From NCBI GenBank assembly GCA_964016885.1, contig OZ024743.1, positions 363,630,001 to 363,694,000 on the forward strand: a DNA stretch of 64,000 nucleotides, given 5' to 3'. Origin of the DNA: Eledone cirrhosa. Its lineage: Eukaryota. Below, piece after piece: positions 14,360-29,339 of the stretch (its first letter is position 1; every line of letters begins with the position of its first letter). The translations under genes were made by a program, and so were the position numbers. Under the pieces are notes generated by a model that saw only the letters and a program-made list of their open reading frames with translations, was not told the origin of the DNA and ran no database searches.

Positions 14360-14766
14360 GAGAGATGACCCCTTAGCCTTTGTCAAGGTAGAATTCTAGG
14401 AGAAGGAAAACTCTGATATAACACTTGCAACCCTGATGGTATCCAATGATGTTGACTTGTTCTTCTTTTTGGTAAATATCATCTTGGTTAAGAGAGTGGG
14501 ACTGGCTTTGTGCAGTGCCTTTGCTCACTATAAAAGCTTCACAGCACAGACATTGCTTTATATCTGGAGATCTCTTTGCACTTGTCGTCACATGGTACCA
14601 TGGGCCCAGCACTATGTGTCAATAATTGTCACAAGTGTAGTGTTTGTACCAGAGTTTTCAAGTCACTGGCTGGACTAAAAAGTCACACTCGTTCAGCGCA
14701 TCGGTAGGGGTTCTCCTACATGGATATAAAGTAGTGGCCGTACTCGAAAACGAGTTGGCAGCCACC
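14360..14766 (+). mobile_element. Non-coding retroposon family G with (ATGT)n tail, inserted in (ATGT)n
   Basis: Near-identical to 26968-27375 and 36075-36877 (opposite strand); common 3' end gagttggcagccacc(atgt)n, variable 5' ends. Confidence 0.8.
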
Positions 14767-15339
14767 ATGTATGTATGTATGTATGTATGTATGTATGTAT
14801 GTATGTATGTATGCATGCTGGTGTGTGCATGTGTGTATCTATGCATATGTATATATGTATGTATGTGTGTGTGTGTGTATGTGTACGTATGTATGTTTGT
14901 ATGCATTTACGTAAGTATGTATACATGCGAACAAATGTTTATGTATGTGTTTATGTATGCATGCTGGGGTGTATGTGTGTGTATATATGTATATATGTGT
15001 GTGTACGTAAGTATGTCTGCATGCGAATATCTGAGCATGTGTTTATGTATGTATGTATGTATGTATGTATGTTTGTATGTATGTATGTATGTATGTATGT
15101 ATGTATGTATGTATGTATGTATGTATGTATGGCTGTAAGTATGTATGTATGTATGTATGTATGTATGTATGTATGTATGTATGTATGTTTGTATGTATGT
15201 ATGTATGTATGTATGTATGCGTGTGTTTATTGTCTTCATTGAAGTTGAACGGCCACACATACAGAAACAGCTGTTATAGGTGTTCCTTATTGTAGAATTT
15301 TTTTAATTGTTATTAATTTATGAATAATTTACTATAATA

Positions 15340-15660
15340 AAGCGCAGGCATGACTTTCTAGTTGAGGAGTTCCCTTTCCAACGACGTGGCACTGTGTCGT
15401 ACCTTGGACAATAACTTCTACTTTGTCCCAAGTTGACCAATGCTTTGTGAGTGAAATTTGACCGAGGGTAACTGTTCGGAATCCCGTTGTTTATATGTGT
15501 TTACATTAACTGTTTGCTTTGTTCCATAACGTAGCGCTTCGACAAATACCGACTGATGAATTAAGTAGTAAACCTTAACAAAAAAATACATACAACTGCG
15601 GGTGGTATCCAAGCATGACCGCAGTCCAATGAATGAAACCAGTAAAAGAATAAAAGAATA
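15340..15660 (+). mobile_element. Degenerate SINE remnant
   Basis: tRNA-like head decayed; gaccaatgctttgtgagtgaaatttg body; (aaaagaat)n tail. Confidence 0.45.
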
Positions 15661-16217
15661 ATATACCCAAGCGTCTATTTAATTCAGATAGCGTATATAG
15701 ACAAATACATATGATTACCTATTCAGAAATTGGCTTATACACAGCACATATATTTGCATACACACACACTTACAAGCCTAGACACACGTGCGTACATGCT
15801 CGCGATGTGTACAAATCGATTATAGTTTTAATGTTAAATGGGTGTTAACATACTTGTTCGTAACGAACCAAAAATGATTAAATAATTAAAATAATATTCG
15901 TAGATTTGTTCAACTATTAATAATATTTGACTTACTTAGCTTAGTGAAAAGGGCGTAGGAGGTAACAGTGTAATATCAATTAATGATTAGATGTTAGCAG
16001 GAGGATAGACAAATTCGTTGAAAATTCGGGTTACGTTTCCGTTTTATTAGGCCTCATCAACAAATCGCGATCTTTCCCTTATTTGCCAGACCCTAAACAT
16101 AAAAATTTAACAGTATTTCCAGAGATGGCGATTATCCAGGGGTGCCTAAATATATAGTTAAATCTGTTTATATTTCATTTTATTTTGGATATAAATCCAA
16201 TTATACAAATATTATAC

Positions 16218-16336
<119 letters not shown>

Positions 16337-16569
16337 GTCTGCGGTGCGGTGACAAGGGGAGGCCACAAATCAAAATAGTGCTCTATGCACGGGAAGAAGC
16401 AGAGTGGATATACAGCAAGGTAAAAAGCTGATGGCGACTCTAGCAGTTTCAGAATGTATTTGGCAACCCTTTTCAAATGCATGGAGTACTACCCTGATTT
16501 GTGATCCCCCCTTTTAATAAATGAAACAAAATAAAACACAGGAGGCAAAATTACACAGTTATATTAGGT

Positions 16570-16706
<137 letters not shown>

Positions 16707-16800
16707 TTTGAGTTTATGTTGGTTGTATACCAACACCTCAGTATGCAGGCTGGAGCACTCGACGAAGTGCGCAGGTTGGTTTGGTTACTCCGGAGTAGTG

Positions 16801-17161
16801 TAAAATAAAGTTAAATAAAAGTCAAATGATTAAAATTTAGCTTCGTTTATTACTGCTATATATATTTCAGTGACAGCCATCTTTGGCTGTGACCTCTTCG
16901 GGCAGTTTGAATTAGTATGGTATAGACAAGTACATATGTTGTTTAGGTGTATGATATTGTCAATACTCTGATATGCCCAGTTCCTTGTTGGGTTGTTAAT
17001 TCACTGGGGAACTGGAGTCATGACTCCAGTTCCCCAGTGAATTAACAACCATACTAATTCAAACTGCCTGAAGAGGTCACAGCCAAAGATGGCTGTCACT
17101 GAAATATATATAGCAGTAATAAACGAAGCTAAATTTTAATCATTTGACTTTTATTTAACTT

Positions 17162-17169
<8 letters not shown>
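16801..17169. mobile_element. Fold-back HHR element (arms 16801-16921 / 17048-17169) containing a perfect 60 bp palindrome at 16991-17050
   Basis: Direct reverse-complement comparison of the arms. Confidence 0.85.
17063..17117 (+). ncRNA. Type-I hammerhead ribozyme (family C)
   Basis: acugc-CUGAAGA-ggucacagcca(aaga)uggcugucacu-GAAA-uauaua-UA-gcagu followed by AAUAAA; the inverted copy has a CCGAAGA core. Confidence 0.75.
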
Positions 17170-17194
<25 letters not shown>

Positions 17195-17344
17195 CTATTA
17201 GGATAATGAACAAGGATACAGTGTTGCATCATACAACTATATATATATATATCGATGGATTTATATCCAAAGCAAAATTAAATAGATGTATCTAGGCACC
17301 CTAGATAATTGCCACCCGTGTATATATATATAATTATTTAAATA

Positions 17345-17975
17345 TATCCTGAGTAGCTACTTCGGGGCATCAGCGAAGCAACGCTACAGATGTGATCAGG
17401 TCCTCAAAACCATCGGTGAAATCGGTGAAACAACCAGGAAAGGGGTCAGGGACAATGTGCACAGATATGCTACAGCTAGGAAAATCTTGTGTCAGGGAAG
17501 GTGAACTCTCGAAGAGAAGACCCAAGAACATCTCGGCTGGCTTATTTGCCACTGTACGAGACAGTGATGACAGCTGACATGGAAAATCACTTGGTTCACG
17601 TTGAGACCAGACATCGTCTTGGCTTCCGATGTAATAAGACAGCTCCTTCAAGTAGAGTTGGAGGAGGACTGCGCAGTAACAGGCGGTGGGGGATGGTACA
17701 TGCCAGTGGAGGTTGGGAGCCAAGGGTTTGAAGCTTGTTCTCTTAGCAAATTCCACAGAACTGTGAGTACTAAGAAAGCAAAGAGGATGACGGCTATCAA
17801 AAACTACTTGGAAGCAGCAGCAGAAAGGGCATCAAAAAGGCTATGGCGTTAGTAGTATGTATGCTCCTTGGACTCAGACTGAGGGTTGATCAACCAGGTG
17901 AGCCTGCTTGAGGGTGTATGTTGTAAGAGCCGAAACTTCTTCATAGTGTGTCCAACCTTTTGCATCCGTGGATAT
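17345..17975 (+). pseudogene. 3' end of an RLE-encoding LINE (Hero/NeSL-like)
   Basis: RY..DQVLK after the zinc-knuckle region, LRPDIVL, MPVEVGSQGF, AAERASKRLW. Confidence 0.7.
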
Positions 17976-18006
17976 GTGAACAACTTGTACTATATATTTA
18001 AATATG

Positions 18007-18093
<87 letters not shown>

Positions 18094-18098
<5 letters not shown>

Positions 18099-18568
18099 TA
18101 TTTATACGTACATACATATACGTGTACAGACGTACAGTAGTATGTATATATATACATACATGCACACATATATATATGTACGTATGGGTTTACCGAATAT
18201 TTATTATAATGTTCGGTTTGTTTGTAAACAAACAGCCAGAATTACGCCGTACAGTGCTCGGCAACCACCATCGCCCTTTTGTTCAATACTGACACAGGAA
18301 TGATGTACTAGTTTCAAGCTTATTAGCTATCGTCAGCATCGTATACCTTTCTGTCAGATGCTTGAACGTTTAAAAGTATATACTTTCCTTATGCATATTA
18401 ACCGCTGAGAAGCCTAATTTGCATATCGAGTGAGTTAGTCGGCCGGGCGCACCGATAACGATAAATGGAAAAGAATAAAACGGAATTTCATTTCTCACTC
18501 TTAGTACGGCCGATACCTAAATATAAGTATTTATACGTACATACATATATGTGTACAGACGTACAGTA

Positions 18569-18658
<90 letters not shown>

Positions 18659-18780
18659 CATGCACACATATATATATATATATATATATGCACGTATGGG
18701 TTTACCGAATATTTATTATAATGTTCGGTTTGTTTGTAAACAAACAGCCCGAATTACGCCGTACAGTGCTCGGCAACCAT
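18094..18780 (-). mobile_element. HHR tandem repeat family B, ~1.5 copies
   Basis: Aligns with the 55745-57060 monomers; HHR at 18302-18340; ATTTGCAT at 18417. Confidence 0.8.
18302..18340 (-). ncRNA. Minimal hammerhead ribozyme (family B)
   Basis: gaug-CUGACGA-uagcu(aaua)agcuu-GAAA-cuag-UA-cauc. Confidence 0.75.
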
Positions 18781-18915
18781 ACGTACATATATATACGTAT
18801 TCTAACGCTGGCTTCTCTCGTCAGAGAAAATAAGCTCTCTTCTAGATTGAACATTTTTATCATGGCTTTTTATCTACGGGTATCTTGCACACACACACGC
18901 ATATATATATATATG

Positions 18916-18992
<77 letters not shown>

Positions 18993-19005
18993 TATATATA
19001 TTTTA

Positions 19006-19471
19006 TTCGTAAAATCGTAACTCCACCTTCGTGGAGGCATTCCGAGTGGCCGTTTCCGCCGCGCGGGTACCACTCGGCAACTGCGCGGGTCCACCGATTA
19101 TCGGTGAACCGGGCGACGTGTCCAGCCCATCTGAACTTGCTGTGCATATATTCCGTGATAACATCCCTCACGCCGGACTTCTGTCTGATGACTTCGCTCC
19201 TGATGTGCTCTCAACGAGATTCCTAGCATTGATCTCTCCATGGCTCTTTGAGCCGTTACCAGCCTCTGCTCTTCTCTCTTCGTTGTAGCCCAAGTTTCAC
19301 TGCCATATAACATTGTAGCTAAAACTGTGCTATTGAAGCTATGATTTTAGGAATACGATTGGGACTACATGGATGAGGAAAGCACGGTCCAGAGAGGAAT
19401 GGACGGCGTACTGTGACCAGCGGCGCCGAATGGACGCCCGACAGACTGGTCGGTCAAGGTGATCAAGGTGA
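19006..19471. mobile_element. RTE-clade LINE 3' fragment with 5' inversion
   Basis: Minus strand: MLYGSETW..QRAMERSMLG..KFRWAGHVAR..WYPR..KRPLGMPPRRWSYDF; plus strand continues YDFRNTIGTTWMRKARSREEW to a (tcaaggtga)2 tail. Confidence 0.8.
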
Positions 19472-19559
19472 TATATATATATCTAATAAGTAAGTGATGA
19501 TGCACAAATACATACAAAATGTTATAAGTAAAGGAAAATTGTTTATATAAGTGTTCATT

Positions 19560-20095
19560 ATGCGCTTCGTGGTTTCCCTGAGGCTCGGCCTCCGGATCTG
19601 CGAGCCACATAAATGTCGCTGCGGTTCCACCGTAGTCTCTTTCAGCCTCCACCCACTTCCCTGTCGCTACTGTGCCGGCCGCCTTCCACGCCATGCTGCT
19701 CTCAACGAGGTCATAAAGCGTGGCTTGGATGCTGCAGGCTTCCCCTCCCAGCTCGAGCAGGCGGGGTTGGATCGAGGGGACGGCAAAAGGCTAGACGCCA
19801 TGACCATCTTCCCTTTCCGCGGTGGTAAACCCCTCCTACGGGATACCACATGCAGCGGCACATTCCCCCGCGGCAGGCTGGTGCAGTCTGCGACTAACCC
19901 AGGCTCTGCTGCACTTATCTCTAAATATCGGTCGCTCTCCGACAGGTTTGCGGTCGAGCCCCTAGCCACCTCCCTACTCACCAACATAGGCGCCGAACTG
20001 GCTAGCCACAGATTTGAACCAGCGCATTTCAACCACCAACCCCCGGGGAAACGTCTTCTCTATTCTGTCCACCGGAGCCGTGAGACGGCCAGCAC
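19560..20095 (+). pseudogene. CRE-like LINE C-terminal fragment (zinc knuckle + RLE)
   Basis: LRLGL.ICEPHKCRCG..LHPLPC..GRLPRHAALN..LDRGDGKRLDAMT.PF.GGK.L.RDTTC. Confidence 0.75.
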
Positions 20096-20450
20096 GTTGG
20101 ACCCCATTTGCTCATAATAGTGAGAGATGGGGCGGGCGAGAGAGAGGTGGTGTTACTCGGAGGTTAAGACCGATGCATATATACACCCATCATCTCACAA
20201 ATCATAACAATCATTGTATTTTTTGTCACATCGCCCGTCTGAAGAGCAGATCGATAATGGAGTCGGGCCTATAACTCCTATGGGTGAGCCTGAGCCAATA
20301 CTCTGCGAAACACGCGCAACAGATCGATACACAACAAAAATCTAATACATGTAAACGAAACTTCACCGTTTTTCAAATATTTACAATGTGCCTGCGTATA
20401 GAGTGCTTGTTTTGGTACTACCACCAGTAATTCACTGAATCACCTACACG

Positions 20451-20522
<72 letters not shown>

Positions 20523-20576
20523 TTATATATATATATATATATTTATTTTTATATATATATATATATATGTGTGTAG

Positions 20577-20647
<71 letters not shown>

Positions 20648-20869
20648 CATTATATAATGAGAAATACACAAAGAGGTATCTGGAGATAAAATACCATCAG
20701 AGTGAAAAACATTATCTACGAAAGGAATGGAGAATACATATCGTTTATAACTACTACACCTGGACACGCTCAAATAGAGAATGTTTCGCCAAAAAAGTTT
20801 CCATATTGCAGCGGGCTTATCAACAGGTGATAGGGGATTAACGTGAGTCTTTAACTCCGTTTTTTAATT

Positions 20870-20931
<62 letters not shown>

Positions 20932-21117
20932 GATAACAAGTTATCGTTATAGGTAATCCAGTCTGAAGATTTGATCAGAGGTAAACATTGTATTTAAGGT
21001 CGAGTGACGCAACTTCGAGTGATTAGCGTCCTTTAGACTCACCTGATCAATGAAACAATTGTTAATACTTGAAATAAAGCCCCTTGTGGTACAGCCGAAC
21101 ATGTTATTCTTCATCTT

Positions 21118-21189
<72 letters not shown>

Positions 21190-21198
<9 letters not shown>

Positions 21199-21668
21199 AT
21201 ATATATGATGAAACACAGATACCAACACATCTGTATATATATTGCAAAAGCCGCCTCATATATACGACTGTTATTTCTAGCAGTACGGTTATGAGACTAG
21301 CTAGACACTGTTAAACCATGTGCGTCACACAGTCTTTTAAATTATTTAGAAGTGAAGCATATCAATTTGTCCCTGGATGTTTACTGAGGAGAGCAGGACA
21401 TGATATTCCTACACTTATTTATCTCGAAACATATTTGGACTTTAAAGTTTAAACTTATCTACGGAACAGGTTTGATTTTGAAATTTAAATGTGTCTAAAC
21501 ATCATAGCCTTTTGGCAATGCAGTTCGTCTTTGTTAATTTATTATTTTAAATCGATATGGACAAGCTGTAGTATAATAATTAGTATACTTCAATCTGGCT
21601 AAATTTTCTTTTGCAATATATATACAGATGTGTTGGTATCAGTGTTTCATCATATATATTAGTTTATA
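21190..21668. repeat. Element with ~60 bp inverted terminal arms (21190-21250 / 21608-21668)
   Basis: tataaactaatatatatgatgaaacac...ttgcaaaag versus its reverse complement. Confidence 0.75.
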
Positions 21669-22040
21669 CACGGCTCAGGGGTATTTTCCTCCTTCGAGCT
21701 AATTCCATTGTAAAAGAATTCATTACCTTATTAATATATATATATATATTTATAGTGTTTACACGGACTATTACAAAACTCTGAGGGGAAAAAGTATAAA
21801 AAATGTTGTGCTCATGCGCGGAAATGCTATAAAATAGCTTATGAAATATTATGAAGACCTTTAAAGACGGAAAAAGAAGTTTTCATCGACCGCTGCCATG
21901 AAACGAACATCGTTTCCTCGTAGCAGCCGATGTCAAATTCTTTTTCCGTCTTTAAGGGTCTTCATACTATTTCATAAGCCATCTGCGTACAAGAGCACAA
22001 CCCTATTTACACACACACACACACACACACGCACGCGCGC

Positions 22041-22133
<93 letters not shown>

Positions 22134-22687
22134 TATATATATATATATATATATATATACGAAGAAATAGTTAGATAATAGGCAGATAGATATGAATATG
22201 TGCAAGTCTGTGCGCGCGCGCATGCGTATGTGATTTCATATTGTCAGGAAGACCTTATAAACATTGATCTTGACATAAGGATATACGGATACACACTAAA
22301 CTTCAACACTCACACTGGCATCTACCACCACTACCATCACCACAACAGCCATTGTTCACTAACCTATAACAATACCCTTATCAAGTATACACACCACCCA
22401 TTCCTTTACCCCCTCTACCAAGCTGTTTCCTTCAAATGTCATGCACCATTACCTTTGCTATCCAATATGGTGTATGTTATTTTATCAGCTTAGGTAGATT
22501 CACCACTATGTGTCTATAAGTCTATACATCCCTCCTTATCTCCCTCCATACCTGCAAACCTATATACATATGTTTGTCTATTTATTAACGACTTACTACC
22601 GCTTTCTCTTTTCACTCCCTTCCTACTATATCAAGCGTTAAACTAATATATATATTCATTTGACTTTAGTAGATTATTAGTGAATTG

Positions 22688-22955
22688 ACACTATCGGTAG
22701 AGGGTCGGATGCCATGCTTTACGGTAGGGGGTCGGATGCCATGCTTTACGGTAGAGGGTCGGATGCCATGATTTACGGTAGAGGGTCGGATGCCATGCTT
22801 TACGGTAGAGGGTCGGATGCCATGTTTTACGGTCTGAGTTCAAATCCCGCCGAGGTTAACTTTGCCTTTCATCCTTACGGGGTCGATAAAATAAAGTACC
22901 AGTAATGTACTGAGTAATTGCTGGCCTTGTGCCAAAAGTAGAAACAATTATTATT
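22688..22955 (+). mobile_element. Nin-domain SINE with a 27 bp internal unit expanded about 5 times
   Basis: (cggtagagggtcggatgccatgcttta)x5 then B-box gagttcaaatccc and gcctttcatccttacggggtcgataaaa. Confidence 0.8.
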
Positions 22956-23270
22956 AATATTTATCTTTATTTACACACTCTTTATGTGCATTCTACTCCC
23001 GCCATTCTTAATTTATGCACCCCCCTTTTTTCTGTTTCCTCATCCATTGACACACAACCTGCGCGCTCCCAACCTCTTTATATGTATATATCTATATATA
23101 TTGTTATACTTGGGGAGGGTCATATTTGTGTAATATTGCCAGAATTAATAACAGAACACACTCACTGTTTGGTTTGTTTTCGCTTTTCGCTTCTGTGTCT
23201 TTTATATCGGTAATCTAATTTATTCGGTCAATATCTCTCTCTCTATATATATATATATGTATGTATTTTG

Positions 23271-23333
23271 ATTTTGTCTGATGAAGGCACACCATAATTT
23301 AACTTGGTATCCTTGAAATATATATAATGAAAT
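23271..23333 (+). ncRNA. Type-I hammerhead candidate
   Basis: auuuugu-CUGAUGA-agg..acca(loop)uggu..ccuu-GAAA-uauaua-UA-augaaau then AAUAAA; stem I uses G-U pairs. Confidence 0.6.
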
Positions 23334-23373
23334 AAATATGGTTTTATAAATATAGTTTCCATTTGTTAATATC

Positions 23374-23410
<37 letters not shown>

Positions 23411-23499
23411 GTTACAATTGTTTCCCTGGCGGACAGCTCGAGACGCGATCGTTGTGTGGATCTGTCTGATTCTGGACCCGCAGGTTCGGCGGACACGTC

Positions 23500-24090
<591 letters not shown>

Positions 24091-24513
24091 TGATGGTAGC
24101 TAAGATGCTTCCATAGGCGGTATGCCGGTTGAGCACTCTATGCTCTTACAGAGCAGAGTATGATAGAATAGAAAACGAAAAATCAGTGATGCATCTGAAC
24201 TCAATTTATTGTGTGTTACAATTGTTTCCCCAGCGGACAGCTCGAGACGCGATCCTTGTGTAGATCTGTCTGATTCTGGCCCCGCAGGTTCGACGGACAC
24301 GTCTAAGTATATATATATATATAACGAAAGGAGGTGTGGTAAGGAACCAGATGGACCATAACGCACCAGAGTACTCAATACTTAGGGTAGTAGTGTGGGT
24401 AATAGGAAAAAGTTTAACCCAGACGGCAGAACTCAAGCCGTTTCGGCGGCTATTTCTGGATATATATATACACACATATATATATATACACACACACACA
24501 TAAATCACACACA

Positions 24514-25430
<917 letters not shown>

Positions 25431-25454
25431 GATTAACGATAGATGAAAAAAAAC

Positions 25455-25780
25455 GATAGATGGAAAAAGTGAAATTTCATTTCTCACTCTTAGTACGGCT
25501 GATACTTAAATATAAGTATGTAAACGTACATACATATATGTATACAGACGTACAGTAGTATGTATATATATATACATACATGCACACATATATATATATA
25601 TATATGTACGTATGGGTTTACCGAACATTTATTATAATGCTCGGTTTGTTTGTAAACAAACAGCCCGAATTAAGCCGTACAGTGTTCGGCAACCATCGTT
25701 GCCCTTTTGTTTATACATACTTTTATTTAAGTATCAGCCGTACTAAGAGTGTGAAATGAAATTTCATGTTTTTCCATTTA
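25455..25780. mobile_element. Family B partial monomer with terminal fold-back
   Basis: gaaatttcatttctcactcttagtacggctgatacttaaa and its reverse complement at 25725-25775. Confidence 0.75.
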
Positions 25781-25789
25781 TATATATAT

Positions 25790-26026
25790 ATAACCTTTGA
25801 TGTCATCAATTTATATTCCAATATCCCACACAACCTAGGTATAGAGGCAATACAATTCTGGCTTGAAAATTTCCCTAGTGAACTCCCATAGCGCATCCCT
25901 AAAGAATTTTTATTGCAGGGACTCAAATTCATCTTGGAAAACAATTTCTTCGAATTCAATACCAAATACTACAGACAGAAATATGGGACTGCCATGGGCA
26001 CGAGAGTAGCCCCCTCATACGCTCGT
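25790..26026 (+). pseudogene. Penelope-like RT core fragment
   Basis: TFDVINLYSNIPH.LG.EAI..WL...LKFILENNFFEFNTKYYRQKYGTAMGTRVAPSYA. Confidence 0.85.
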
Positions 26027-26090
26027 ATTAACAGAATCCATTAACTATATGATTGTGGTTGTTGGATTTGTATTCACATAAACATGCATG

Positions 26091-26143
<53 letters not shown>

Positions 26144-26177
26144 CTCTCAGACACATGACAACCCTTAATTTAATTTT

Positions 26178-26246
<69 letters not shown>

Positions 26247-26400
26247 CTTGCATGTGTGTATATGTATGTATGTATGTAAGTATGTACATATTTCCATAAC
26301 ATGTCACACGGCCCAACTGACATATATTTATATGTAAAACATATGTAAAGGGCTAAAGTCATGTAAATAAATTACCACATTTCGTTTGAACATCTATACA

Positions 26401-26559
26401 ATTTTTATTTTTATTTTTATTTTTATTTTTATTTTTATTTTTATTTTTATTTTTATTTTTATTTTTATTTTTATTTTTATTTTTATTTTTATTTTTATTT
26501 TTATTTTTATTTTTATTTTTATTTTTATTTTTATTTTTATTTTTATTTTTATTTTTATT
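26401..26559. repeat. (TTTTTA)n microsatellite
   Basis: About 26 perfect units. Confidence 0.95.
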
Positions 26560-26813
26560 TGATAATCTTTGCCAAGCTGAATATATTATTTCAAAGGTGT
26601 TACATGAATGGAAAATTTCTTGTAGTGTTTATTGTTGTTCTTCCTCGAGTTTGTTTTTGCTTTGTTTTTTAATGTTCCGACTGGAGAATCATGTTTATCC
26701 ACCGAATATAATGGATAATAAATAATGAATAATGAATGAATTTTCAATTATATCTGTGTATGTATTCATGTAATTATATATGTATATGTTCATTTACACC
26801 CCCACCCCCCTCC

Positions 26814-26863
<50 letters not shown>

Positions 26864-26967
26864 CATATATATATTTACACACACACATATATATGTACAT
26901 ATATATATATACACACACACACATATATCATATATATATATATACATACATACATACATACATACAT

Positions 26968-27600
26968 GGTGGCTGCCAACTCGTTTTCGAGTACGGCCAC
27001 TACTTTATATCCATGTAGGAGAACCCCTACCAATGCGCTGAACGAGTGTGACTTTTTAGTCCAGCCAGCGACTTGAAAACTCTGGTACAAACACTACATT
27101 TGTGACAATTATTGACACATAGTGCTGGGCCCATGGTACCATGTGACGACAAGTGCAGAGAGATCTCCAGATATAAAGCAATGCCTGTGCTGTGAAGCTT
27201 TTATAGTGAGCAAAGGCACTGCACAAAGCCAGTCCCACTCTCTTAACCAAGATGATATTTACCAAAGAGAAGAACAATTCAACATCATTGGATACCATCA
27301 GGGTTGCAGGTGTTATATCAGAGTTTTCCTTCTCCTAGAATTCTGCCTTGACAAAGGCTAAGGGGTCATCTCTCCCGGTGATTTGGGATGGCTATTGACT
27401 CTTAAGAGCCCCTTTGCCTTTTGACAGGTTTTGTTTTTAGTCCTGTAGGATGTCCAAAGCCACCCTCCTCACCAAGAAACCTTGGTGGGGTTGCCAGTTT
27501 AGTCGCCAACGACCCGACCATGAGACAGGTTGTACTGGGATACATGAGACAGGTTATACTGGGATACATGTTACCAATAGCACCAACTGGTGACCTGACA
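26968..27600 (-). mobile_element. Family G retroposon, longest copy (includes 5' end; internal 24 bp duplication)
   Basis: Extends ~225 bp further 5' than the other copies; (TACA)n on both sides. Confidence 0.8.
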
Positions 27601-27642
27601 CATACATACATACATACATACATACATACATACATACATACA

Positions 27643-27746
<104 letters not shown>

Positions 27747-27919
27747 AATAAAGATTCAGCGAGAATCGCATTTCGGCGGGCAGGTAAAGCGAAGCGAAAC
27801 GCAAAAATCAGAAATGATACTGGCAAAGTGGTCAATAGTTAAAAACCAGAGCTAAACAATGTGTTAAGAAGCCATACAAAACTGAAAAGGTGGTCAAGAA
27901 GGCATTAACCACCCAAGCC

Positions 27920-28056
<137 letters not shown>

Positions 28057-28069
28057 ATATATATATATA

Positions 28070-28135
<66 letters not shown>

Positions 28136-28143
28136 TATATATA

Positions 28144-28181
<38 letters not shown>

Positions 28182-28436
28182 GAGAGGACGCGCGTTTCAC
28201 CTAGCGGATTTTCAACGCAAGTGAGTTGTGCTGAGAACAGAAGTTATATGAACTGACTATATTTTGTAAAATCCAGTCAGATTGTGCATGTATGTATGTC
28301 TGTAGATCTTTTTGTTTCTGTATGTATGTTTATTTGTTTCCATTCTCTCTCTCTCACTCTCTCCCCCTCTCTCTCTCACTCACTCTCTCTCTCTCACTCA
28401 CTCTCTCAATCTCACTCACTCACTCTCTCTCTCTCT

Positions 28437-28501
<65 letters not shown>

Positions 28502-29339
28502 ACTCACTCACTCTCTCAACCCCCACTATGTAGTTGTTATTTTATTCATGCTTTCTATTTTGTTATAAGCGTGGCTTCCTTAATCTGTCTGAGCATTGCA
28601 TCTGTTCACCCTGTAGATATTATTTTTATTTCAATGTTTTCTAGTGAGTTGCCATGTTCTAGTTTGGCATTTTGGTAGAGCATTGGCGAGTTTTTTGTTT
28701 GATTTTTTTTGTCTTTGATATTCTACCTATCTTTTTTTTGTCGAAACACTATGTTACGACGGGACATTCACAAACACAAACTTAAACAGAGGCACACACA
28801 TATGTAAGCCTACGTATTCTACTACATGCTATTAGTTAGACTTCAAAGAACTTGTAGTTTCTTTTTCTTTGCTAATAAAGTCAAACACCTCTATTGCCAT
28901 AAATTACATATACAAGCCACAAAAAACAAATTTTCATCCAACTTTACACCTTTTAATGTACATAAACTGCATCTCTCCATGCCTCGAACTACAACCCGTC
29001 ATATACATACATACATACATACATACATACATACATACATGATGGCTGCCCCTTCGTTGTCGAGTATGGCCATTGAACAAGGAGAAAAAAATAAATTAAT
29101 AAATAAATAAAAAATAAAATAAAATAAAAAAAAAGAAATATATATATATATATATACACACATACATATACATATATACACACATATATATATACATAGA
29201 CACATATACATTAATAACAATAATAACAATAATAATAACAACAATAATAATAATGACAACAACAATAATAATATACATATACATATATATATATACACAC
29301 ACGCGCACACATAAACATATCTATACACACACAGACACA

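Noticed and set aside
14373-14678. Recurring MLGPWYHV / MVSNDVD ORFs (also at 27 kb and 36 kb)
   Set aside because: They recur because family G copies are near-identical; no domain similarity recognised
15553-15565. CTGATGA motif
   Set aside because: Part of a SINE body with no GAAA or helix partner
22696-22832. CRISPR-like 27 bp repeats
   Set aside because: No unique spacers, eukaryotic context, located inside a SINE
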